Below are positions 1 through 7,248 of a stretch of DNA of 64,000 bases, piece by piece. A program made the position numbers and the translations under genes. The stretch's first letter is position 1, and every line of letters starts with the position of its first letter. Origin of the DNA: an uncultured virus (IMG/VR IMGVR_UViG_3300038805_000284) (lineage: Duplodnaviria > Heunggongvirae > Uroviricota > Caudoviricetes); the IMG/VR virus record IMGVR_UViG_3300038805_000284; one strand, written 5' to 3'. The notes beneath the pieces are model-generated. The model was not told where the DNA came from. It saw nothing but the letters and a program-made list of their open reading frames with translations, and did no database searches.

Positions 1-184
1 AAGGTAAATGCCGCGCTGCAGCAGGCTGTAATACACCTGGGCCGGTGCTTGGTCATGGTGCGCCTCGCTGGTCAACACCTCTATTACCGTTGCGCGTTCT
101 GTCTCACTCAGGGCGCGTGGTTGTGGCCCTGATTTGCATGTTATCTCAAAATCACGTGGCGCAAACCCAGGTTGACACACAGGG

Positions 185-204
185 TTCTGCAATGATGCAG
201 AGGG
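185..204 (+). repeat. 20-bp element TTCTGCAATGATGCAGAGGG (hairpin CTGCA-ATGA-TGCAG), copy 1
   Basis: Identical 20-mer recurs at 1319-1338; the two copies bracket the ardC gene. Confidence 0.85.
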
Positions 205-250
205 CTCTTGAAGGATGCTTTTTTAAACCTTCAAAAGTCATTTTTTAAGA

Positions 251-303
251 ATTGAAAAATTGGATTTTCAAAATTGAAAAATTGGATTTTCAAAATTGAA
301 AAA
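251..303. repeat. 22-bp tandem repeat ATTGAAAAATTGGATTTTCAAA (about 2.4 copies), each unit with an inverted repeat TTGAAAA-N6-TTTTCAA; operator-like
   Basis: Units at 251-272 and 273-294, partial at 295-303; lies just upstream of a sigma70-type promoter; related copy at about 1364-1383. Confidence 0.85.
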
Positions 304-331
304 GTTATTTTTGAAAAAAGCAAATAATAAC

Positions 332-360
332 TTGACAAGGCTTAGCAATTATATTAGAAT
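332..360 (+). promoter_or_regulatory. sigma70-type promoter for ardC
   Basis: TTGACA (332-337), 17-bp spacer, TAGAAT (355-360); AT-rich upstream region. Confidence 0.8.
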
Positions 361-415
361 ATAAGTATAAACAATGGGAAAGCAAGTTGCTTCCTATCAC
401 TCGAAAGGGAGTACA

Positions 416-1288
416 ATGCAGAACAAAATCAAAAATAAAGTTTACGAAAGCATCATGAACGCTCTTGATAAGGGAGTTGTTCCTTGGCGCAAGCCTTGGT
501 CGGCCGTAAACAACGGCCGCGCTTATAACGGTATCACCGGCCGCCCTTACAAGGGTATCAACGTGGTGTTGTTGGCGGCTGCGGAAATGAGTGAAGGCTT
601 CACCACAAACGCCTGGGCCACCTTCAACCAGATCAACAAGGCCGGTGGACACGTTCGCAAAGGCGAAAAGTGCAAAGCATTCGTAGTGTTTTGGTCAAGA
701 GTTGAAAAGAAAAATGTCGAAGAGGATTCCGACGAGGATGAAAATTTTTACTGGCTCTTGAAAATTCACAACGTCTTCAACTTGTCTCAAACGGCTGGCC
801 TGGAACATTTGATTGAGGAAGCAGAAGTGAAAGCCCTTGTTCCCGATAGTGAAAAAGTGGTCGATGCTCTTGCAGCATTCGACAAGTACACGAACCGCGA
901 AGGCTTGACCGTTAAGGAGAATGGAGGGGAAGCATACTATTCAATCACGGGCGATTACATTGGAATGCCTAAGAAGGAAACTTTCGATTCCGGTGAAGAT
1001 TATGTTAGCACCGCATTTCATGAAGCGGTGCACTCTACCGGCGCAAAAAAACGCCTTGACCGGCCAATGAAAGGTTACAGCAACATCGACAATCACTCGT
1101 ATTCTTATGAAGAGTTGATTGCAGAATTTGGTGCGGCTTTCACTTGTGCACATTTTGGGATCGACAACACGATTGAGAACAGTGCTGCTTACATTGAGAG
1201 TTGTAAGCGCACTATCGATGAGAACAAACACTCCATCATGAGCGCGGCAAGCGCAGCTCAAAAAGCGGTTGAATTTATTCTGAAATAA
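416..1288 (+). CDS. ardC: ArdC-like antirestriction protein (N-terminal ssDNA-binding domain + zincin-like MPTase domain)
   Basis: PWRKPW, YKGIN, W-TFNQ..GG-VRKGEK and VFN-Q motifs; HEAVHSTG...RLDR and YSYEELIAE zincin-like motifs; start placed at MQNKIK behind AAGGGAG (ORF track starts at 374). Confidence 0.9.
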   Translation: MQNKIKNKVYESIMNALDKGVVPWRKPWSAVNNGRAYNGITGRPYKGINVVLLAAAEMSEGFTTNAWATFNQINKAGGHVRKGEKCKAFVVFWSRVEKKNVEEDSDEDENFYWLLKIHNVFNLSQTAGLEHLIEEAEVKALVPDSEKVVDALAAFDKYTNREGLTVKENGGEAYYSITGDYIGMPKKETFDSGEDYVSTAFHEAVHSTGAKKRLDRPMKGYSNIDNHSYSYEELIAEFGAAFTCAHFGIDNTIENSAAYIESCKRTIDENKHSIMSAASAAQKAVEFILK

Positions 1289-1302
1289 GAATCCCTTTCG
1301 AT

Positions 1303-1357
1303 TCCCTCCCCCCAAACCTTCTGCAATGATGCAGAGGGTTTTGGGGAGGGATTTTTT
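1303..1357 (+). terminator. Rho-independent terminator-like hairpin after ardC, containing copy 2 of the 20-bp element
   Basis: TCCCTCCCCCCAAACCTTCTGCA-ATGA-TGCAGAGGGTTTTGGGGAGGGA long stem followed by TTTTTT. Confidence 0.8.
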
Positions 1358-1397
1358 AAAAACGAAAATTTGAATTTTCAAAAAAGGAAAAATCAAA

Positions 1398-2039
1398 ATG
1401 ACAACTTTTACAGAAGTGTTTTGCCACTGTGACAATGACACCTTCAAGTTCGACATTGTAAACAATGTCACTTGTGGAGGGTGCGGCAAGCAAGTATTGC
1501 CGACAAACTTCAAACACCGCAAAGGGTTTGATGACTTTGTTGCATCGATTTTGCAAGGGGGCCTTGTAAGTTTTAAATCTTGCAATTTACACCCGAACTT
1601 CGCAAGCGAGTCTCAATTTAATAACGTCATGACTCGGAGAGTTGCAGGAAGTAGTATTCCTTATGAGACGCTTATTTATCAGATTAAGAAGCACGAAGAT
1701 AAAAGCGACCTTAGTGTGTGCGTATGTGGGCACAATGCGTTTGAGTACTCTAAGGATGGAGGGGTTGTGTGCGCTCAATGCAAGCGAAGGGTAAAGCATG
1801 AAAGCCTTAAGGGCCGAATTGGATATGAGGCTTTCATTACGGCCATTTGTCTTGGACAAGTGGTACACTTTGAAACGCTCTATCCAAATGAAGATTATCA
1901 GAACCTTAGCTTTACGTTCGCCTATGAAAACCACAATAGACTGTTTAACGATAATTTAGAAGTTGGTTTCCACCTGGCGGATAAGATTGAACGGGCGTAT
2001 GAGGAAAGCATGTATGACTTTTCTATTGGGGATATTTGA
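1398..2039 (+). CDS. hypothetical protein with two tandem Zn-ribbon-like repeats
   Basis: Two homologous halves: FCHCDNDTF...VTCGGC...GFDDFVASI..G.LVSF and VCVCGHNAF...VVCAQC...GYEAFITAI..GQVVHF; RBS AAGG upstream. Confidence 0.75.
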   Translation: MTTFTEVFCHCDNDTFKFDIVNNVTCGGCGKQVLPTNFKHRKGFDDFVASILQGGLVSFKSCNLHPNFASESQFNNVMTRRVAGSSIPYETLIYQIKKHEDKSDLSVCVCGHNAFEYSKDGGVVCAQCKRRVKHESLKGRIGYEAFITAICLGQVVHFETLYPNEDYQNLSFTFAYENHNRLFNDNLEVGFHLADKIERAYEESMYDFSIGDI

Positions 2040-2047
2040 AAAATAAA

Positions 2048-2076
2048 TCGACAAGGGTTCTCAAATATGAGAGAAT
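2048..2076 (+). promoter_or_regulatory. possible sigma70-type promoter
   Basis: TCGACA-17 bp-GAGAAT in the intergenic gap; shares GACAAGG and AGAAT with the ardC promoter. Confidence 0.4.
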
Positions 2077-2096
2077 GTTGGAAAGGGTAGAATATA

Positions 2097-2432
2097 ATGA
2101 CTATTCAAGAATTTGTAACAAGAGTTGCGGATGATCGTCGAAGAAATATCATAACGTACCTTTTCAGAAGTGCGGCTGTTGAAATTGTAATCAGTCCGCT
2201 TCCCAAAGAAGTGCGGGACGAGATCTTCCGGGGAATCCTTAACAACCTTCGATATGAATATCAATTGAATGTTGATGTAAAGGGGTTTCGCTCGAAGACT
2301 GGAACCATTTATCACCGTTATGTCATGAAAGGTTTCGGATCTGGTGACACGGTTATGGATAGAAACCTTATCGGCGAAATTCATGATGAACTGGTTAAAG
2401 TCGGCGCCCACAAACCTTATGGGGTAATTTGA
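2097..2432 (+). CDS. hypothetical protein
   Basis: 111-aa ORF fitting the plus-strand gene array. Confidence 0.65.
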   Translation: MTIQEFVTRVADDRRRNIITYLFRSAAVEIVISPLPKEVRDEIFRGILNNLRYEYQLNVDVKGFRSKTGTIYHRYVMKGFGSGDTVMDRNLIGEIHDELVKVGAHKPYGVI

Positions 2433-2450
2433 GAAAGGAATTTTAGAAAA

Positions 2451-3065
2451 ATGGAAAATCAGATTTTGGAAAATCAATTTAACAAAAAGCGAAATTTCTT
2501 GACTGTTCGAGAGGCTTCGATTCAATATAATGTTTCAACCGTATCAATTCGCAATTGGATTGCTGCAGGACTGCAAACGTATATGATGAAGCCAGAAAAT
2601 GGGTATCACCTGGTTGCCCACGTAGCTGTTGCAGAAGTTGACCAATGGCTGAAAGACCGTGAACAGCGGTATGTAAAGAACAAGGGGCCTGGAAGGCCAC
2701 CGATTGAAGCGGCGAAAGGAAACTACATTCAGGAATACTTGAACAATAGCCCGGAGAAGTATTTCAAAAAGGAACAGAAAGAACGGTTTATGAGATACGT
2801 ATTGAATGGCGATACTCACAATGTAATCGCCATGCTATTGGCCGGGCACGATCATAAAGAACATTCGGAAGATTGTTTGATTGCTGCCATTAACAACGGC
2901 GATTACATGATGATCAAAGCGCTCGTTAACAATGGGATTCCTGTTTCAACTGCTGCCATGGAAACGGCAGTGTTTAACGATGATAACAAGATCATTTCTT
3001 TGCTGGATACGCACTATGATGATTCTGATTTTCCGAAAATCAAAAAAGGAATTTTGAGATCTTGA
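2451..3065 (+). CDS. HTH (MerR/excisionase-like) DNA-binding protein with AT-hook-like motif and C-terminal ankyrin-like repeats
   Basis: LTVREASIQYNVSTVSIRNWIAAGL (HTH_17-like); KGPGRPP; LIAAINNGDYMMIKALVNNG and AMETAVFNDDNKIISLL (ankyrin-like). Confidence 0.6.
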   Translation: MENQILENQFNKKRNFLTVREASIQYNVSTVSIRNWIAAGLQTYMMKPENGYHLVAHVAVAEVDQWLKDREQRYVKNKGPGRPPIEAAKGNYIQEYLNNSPEKYFKKEQKERFMRYVLNGDTHNVIAMLLAGHDHKEHSEDCLIAAINNGDYMMIKALVNNGIPVSTAAMETAVFNDDNKIISLLDTHYDDSDFPKIKKGILRS

Positions 3066-3085
3066 TTTTTTGAAAGGAGAATGAA

Positions 3086-3451
3086 ATGTTTTATGATGCG
3101 TTAAAAGAAATTTCAAAATTGAATGAGGGCGAAGACGTATTGAATTATCTGTATGATATGTCATGGAACGCATACCGTATCAGTAAGGGTGATGACAAGA
3201 TTTACGTCTTTAAAACGGACATTGAAAATACTGATAAATACAATAGCGTGTTAGAAGGTTTTAATTTCAATGTTGTTTCCGATTTTGTCTGTGAGAACTT
3301 TTATGGTTATAAGTTTTATTCCGTAAAGATACGCATAAAAGAAAATGGGGAATGGGTTACTTTAAAGAAAGAACAGTTAAAAGAATTACATAAAGAAACA
3401 ATAACAGTTCAGGGTTTAGACTCTGTTGATAAACATTTTGAAAAGGAATAA
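3086..3451 (+). CDS. hypothetical protein
   Basis: 121-aa ORF with AAGGAG RBS. Confidence 0.7.
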   Translation: MFYDALKEISKLNEGEDVLNYLYDMSWNAYRISKGDDKIYVFKTDIENTDKYNSVLEGFNFNVVSDFVCENFYGYKFYSVKIRIKENGEWVTLKKEQLKELHKETITVQGLDSVDKHFEKE

Positions 3452-3456
3452 GTAAC

Positions 3457-3756
3457 ATGGAACCTTTAGAAAGAGAAGAAGAAATCTTAAAAGGATACCG
3501 GAATACCATCGATTCGGTTTGGTCCCTGTTATACAAACTGTTAGATGATCTTGAAAAAGTGAAGTCTGAAATCAAGCCGATTGAATACGGTACCGCCCCT
3601 AATTCTTTGCATCTTATCTTTACTCGTGCGTGGGTTGAAGAAGTTGTTAAAATAGTAAAGGAGGAAGTTAAAAAGGTTACCGAACATGAGTGCCTTGTAG
3701 AAGCTGTGAGAGAAATGTCTAATTTGTCCGTAAAATTTAGATCTAATAAGATCTAA
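3457..3756 (+). CDS. hypothetical helical protein
   Basis: 99-aa ORF with AAGG RBS, tightly packed. Confidence 0.65.
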   Translation: MEPLEREEEILKGYRNTIDSVWSLLYKLLDDLEKVKSEIKPIEYGTAPNSLHLIFTRAWVEEVVKIVKEEVKKVTEHECLVEAVREMSNLSVKFRSNKI

Positions 3757-3773
3757 ATCAAAAGAGGAAGGAA

Positions 3774-3998
3774 ATGTGTAACATGGAAAACTTTATCCCC
3801 GGAACAGAAATCGTTAAGCCCTCTATCAAACTGGTTGGAACGGATGGTAACGCATTTGCCATTATGGGTAATGCTGTTCGTGCATTACGCAAAGCAAAGG
3901 CTCCTCAGTACATAATTGAGAATTACCAAACAGAAGCGACTAGCGGCGATTACAATCACCTCCTGGCCACCACTATGCAGTATGTAGAAGCCGAATAA
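3774..3998 (+). CDS. conserved small phage hypothetical protein
   Basis: LVGTDGNAFAIMG...RALRKA...ATSGDYNHLL, a motif familiar from small phage/mobile-element proteins; GAGGAAGG RBS. Confidence 0.75.
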   Translation: MCNMENFIPGTEIVKPSIKLVGTDGNAFAIMGNAVRALRKAKAPQYIIENYQTEATSGDYNHLLATTMQYVEAE

Positions 3999-4048
3999 GG
4001 AAGGGAACAATAACATGAAGTCAGACAATAAGTGTAAGGCGGTATAAA

Positions 4049-4273
4049 ATGACTATAGAAAAGATTGAAGCATTGGCCAAAGCGATAGCGACTATTCAAA
4101 TTGCTTCAAATACTGTACAGGAAACTCTTAATTGGTATAAGGGGCACAATGAAAAGGTGGCAAACGAAAAGGTTGTTAACATTCTTTGGAATGTTCACAA
4201 TGATCTTTTTGAGGTGTCCGTAATCATGAGCAAAGAACTCCGTGAAACCCGAAAGGAAGTGAAGAGCCTTTAA
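4049..4273 (+). CDS. hypothetical protein
   Basis: 74-aa ORF; its stop overlaps the convergent ligase stop (TTAA). Confidence 0.6.
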   Translation: MTIEKIEALAKAIATIQIASNTVQETLNWYKGHNEKVANEKVVNILWNVHNDLFEVSVIMSKELRETRKEVKSL

Positions 4274-6468
4274 CCAACCTCTTCAGGATCAACATACTTA
4301 TCATTATTCTTCATGGATTCCCCGCGCGCCCAAACGTTGAGCGCCTCTTTGAGGGTCGGTGCGGTGGCGTTGTGCGCGCCGCAATGGGGGCAGGTGGGGG
4401 TCATGGCGTCCCAGGTCACGTTGTAGCCGTAGATCTTCATCGCCAGGTCGGAGCCGTTGAGCGGCGTCCAGGTTTCGGCGTTGGAGCTCTCCAGCAGCAC
4501 GCCTTCCATGTAGGTCTGGCGGGTGATAATGCTGCCCCAGCGGCCCATCTTGCCGAGGGTGGCGGTGCGGACCGTATAGTTGGTGCTGTTGGTCAGCAGC
4601 ACCACGGCATAGCTGGTGTTGGCCTCGGCGTAGAATGGGTCGTCGAAGCGAATGCGGGTCTCGCCGCTCAGGCTGATCTCGTTCGGGGCCAGCAGATTCT
4701 CGGCGAACACCACGCCGTTGGGCAGCCCGGTGGTGACGCCGCGAATCTGCACCGTGACCGGGATGCTCGGGTCCCTGGCGGTGAACTGCAGCCCGATGCT
4801 GGAGATCACCTGGTTCCTGGTGAAGCTGAAGGTCTGAGCCAGCGGGGCACGGGGCACGCGGATGATGCGGTTCTCGATGATGCGCTCGATACGGGTAATG
4901 ACCAGCGGATCGTTGATCTGCAAGCTGGCCCGTGCCGAGTAGACGCCGTCGGCCATCTCCACGATGCGGTTGCCGTTGCGGGCGTTGGTCGGAATGGTGA
5001 AGGAGGCGCTGACCCGACCGGCCTCGTCGCTGATCAGGTTGCTGGCCATCACCTGGCCGTCGCAGCGCAGCACGATGCCGGATTTGCTCGGGGTGAAGTT
5101 GATGCCGGTGACGGTGATGCCGGTCTGGCCGCGCCGCCCGAGGTTGGGCGTGATCTGCAGCATGGCCGGGGGCTTGTCAAACACCGCGTAGGGGTTGATG
5201 TTGCGCTCCTCGGACCAGTCGTTCTGTTCCACCAGCACGGTCTCGTGCCGCATTATCCCTTCCAACTCGCAGAAATGAAAGCCTTTATACTTTAAAATCA
5301 ATGTATCACCATCTTTCTCAGAACGCACCACAACGCCCTCTTTGATGTGGTTATGATCCAATATGCTAGTACCTTGAGAATACAACTCACATGCGCGCAT
5401 AAGCACTTCTGCATTATCCTCATAATTCATTTCTTTGTACGCACTTATCAAAGGAACAACTTCAAAACCTAACGCATAAGATCTGACTACAACTTCTTCC
5501 CAAGGCAACTCCTTAACAACCCCGTTTTGAGTGTTCGTAATACGGTATATCAAAACCTTTCTTTCGTTCTGCTTACAACCGTATGAGTACTCCATGGAAT
5601 TACCGAAAGCCTTTTTAAGTTTTTTATCTTTAATGGTGTGAGTTCCCATAATAGGCCGATTCTTTTCATTATACCCTACGATTTCATAATAAACTGTTTC
5701 ACCCTTTTCCATCCCGGCTTCTTTAAACTGGTTATGAATGTCTGTTCTGTAACCTGGCAACGAAGTATTGACAACCGTTCTTCTAGTTCCTGTAACATAG
5801 TCGTATACAAAAGCGTCATACTTTTTAACAAACAAGTTTACAAACCGCTTAAATAAGCTTAACTTAACTGTTCTCTTCAAATAACCGGTTCTGCCAGAAG
5901 TACCATGACACTTTTCAGTAATGTAAACAGTAGCACCTTCAGGGATAAACTTTGCCATCAACCTTAGTTGCCCCGTATCAAAATGCTCTTTGAAATCGGG
6001 AAATTTAATCTTTTCACGCTTCTTTCTTTTCTTTTTAGGGTTACCAATAGCCTTGTATGTTGCCGGTGTGTAATACTTTTCACAAACCTTTTTGCCATTT
6101 ACCTTATCGATTAAATCTCCAACACTTAAATTGAATTTCCCAGTCCAATCCAACCCCTTTAGTGGCATCCAGAAACCTTCTGACTTTGCACTTCTAAGCC
6201 TTACAGTTCTAACCCTGCCATTATCTTCAAAGAATCCGCCCTTACTTTCAGGATCTTTATTTAATTCTTTGTTCTTGAATAGGTTATTCTGCTTACACAT
6301 CTCAAAAGATAATTTCCCATCTGTTGGAAAATAAATACCAACAGTACCCTCCACAGTATCTTTTGAAATGACTACATTGTAACCAGAAGCAGTTCCAATG
6401 TTTAATCTGTCTGCATTGGGGTGTTCTTTTACGTTTTCAATTTTACAAATAATTGCTTTGTACGACAC
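4270..6468 (-). CDS. RNA ligase (Rnl2/DRB0094-like, N-terminal OB domain) carrying a 313-codon in-frame foreign insertion near its C-terminus
   Basis: HPNADRL N-domain, RLR..KSEG, motif I TEKCHGTS, YYEIVG, motif IV EGVVVR, motif V LKYK; the putative native end EGI-MKNNDKYVDPEEVG is split by the insert. Confidence 0.85.
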   Translation of the reverse strand: MSYKAIICKIENVKEHPNADRLNIGTASGYNVVISKDTVEGTVGIYFPTDGKLSFEMCKQNNLFKNKELNKDPESKGGFFEDNGRVRTVRLRSAKSEGFWMPLKGLDWTGKFNLSVGDLIDKVNGKKVCEKYYTPATYKAIGNPKKKRKKREKIKFPDFKEHFDTGQLRLMAKFIPEGATVYITEKCHGTSGRTGYLKRTVKLSLFKRFVNLFVKKYDAFVYDYVTGTRRTVVNTSLPGYRTDIHNQFKEAGMEKGETVYYEIVGYNEKNRPIMGTHTIKDKKLKKAFGNSMEYSYGCKQNERKVLIYRITNTQNGVVKELPWEEVVVRSYALGFEVVPLISAYKEMNYEDNAEVLMRACELYSQGTSILDHNHIKEGVVVRSEKDGDTLILKYKGFHFCELEGIMRHETVLVEQNDWSEERNINPYAVFDKPPAMLQITPNLGRRGQTGITVTGINFTPSKSGIVLRCDGQVMASNLISDEAGRVSASFTIPTNARNGNRIVEMADGVYSARASLQINDPLVITRIERIIENRIIRVPRAPLAQTFSFTRNQVISSIGLQFTARDPSIPVTVQIRGVTTGLPNGVVFAENLLAPNEISLSGETRIRFDDPFYAEANTSYAVVLLTNSTNYTVRTATLGKMGRWGSIITRQTYMEGVLLESSNAETWTPLNGSDLAMKIYGYNVTWDAMTPTCPHCGAHNATAPTLKEALNVWARGESMKNNDKYVDPEEVG
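4315..5253 (-). other. GC-rich foreign insertion (DUF4815-like tail-fibre fragment + Lar-like Zn-ribbon fragment), 939 bp
   Basis: Abrupt switch to strongly G/C-ending codons; NPYAVF, PLAQTF, GVLLESSNAETWTP..SDL motifs; CPHCGA...TLKEALNVWAR; CAT/ATG repeated at 4312-4314 and 5251-5253. Confidence 0.85.
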
Positions 6469-6483
6469 AACAAAACCCTTTCT

Positions 6484-7248
6484 TTAGTAATTCATTACCA
6501 ACAGATCCTTAACTTTGCCTCTCGACTTAGCATTGGCACTGATAACACGGGCCGTGTCAATTTCCACAATCCTAAAATCTTTATACCGTTCTCGAACCCA
6601 TTCATGATATGAATTGGAAAGCATGGCTTTGCATTTTAAGTTTTCAAAAGTCTTTGCCAGCCTTTCATGATCATCTTGTTTAAAAGAATCTTTATCATAA
6701 TCTGAATAGGTTCCCAGGTATGGAGGGTCAAGGTATGCAAAATCATTGGAATTGCATTTAAGAACGGTCTCAAAATCCCCGTGAACTAATTCTGCATGTG
6801 CAAGCAGCCTGGAGGCATTCCGTAGGTTTACAGCGTCTAAAATCTTAGGATTCGTATAGTTCCCAAATGGCACATTAAACTTTCCATCTTTGTTAACCCG
6901 GTGCAGCCCATTGAAACACGTTTTGTTCAGGTAAATAAACCGGGCCGCAATAGAAACGTCATCTTGAGGATCGGTGTCTCGAATTTTGTAAAAGTATTCT
7001 TCAGTATTGACGAACCGTGAAAGCGCCGTAACGACGCTTGTAAGGTCTTCTTTGATTGCCTTGTACGTGGTTATCAAATCTTTATTCGAATCGCTCAGAA
7101 CAGCCTTCTCGGGCCTTAGAAAGAAGAATACGGAACCCCCTCCCAAGAAAGGTTCATAGTACTTGTCGAATGTTGGAAAATACTTGCTGAATTGTTTCAG
7201 CGATTTTGTTTTCCCACCTGCCCATTTGATAAACGGTTTCGACATCAT
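6484..7248 (-). CDS. dam: Dam-family (D12) DNA adenine methyltransferase
   Basis: PFIKWAGGK, YEPFLGGGSVF, FNGLHRVNKDGKFNVPFG and YLDPPY; start overlaps the RNR stop (ATGA). Confidence 0.92.
   Translation of the reverse strand: MMSKPFIKWAGGKTKSLKQFSKYFPTFDKYYEPFLGGGSVFFFLRPEKAVLSDSNKDLITTYKAIKEDLTSVVTALSRFVNTEEYFYKIRDTDPQDDVSIAARFIYLNKTCFNGLHRVNKDGKFNVPFGNYTNPKILDAVNLRNASRLLAHAELVHGDFETVLKCNSNDFAYLDPPYLGTYSDYDKDSFKQDDHERLAKTFENLKCKAMLSNSYHEWVRERYKDFRIVEIDTARVISANAKSRGKVKDLLVMNY

Noticed and set aside
251..303. 22-bp repeats as a CRISPR array
   Set aside because: Units are directly adjacent with no spacers, and no cas genes are in the window.
305..1585. Minus-strand ORFs 305-652, 941-1585 and 1356-1556
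   Set aside because: They overlap well-supported plus-strand genes and have no recognisable motifs.
4315..5253. Insert as an intein, intron or IS element
   Set aside because: No N-terminal Cys/Ser or HN/HQ end, no recognisable group I/II intron features, and no transposase or terminal inverted repeats.
4372..5295. 307-aa plus-strand ORF over the GC-rich insert
   Set aside because: Antisense shadow typical of high-GC coding DNA; the recognisable protein motifs are on the minus strand.
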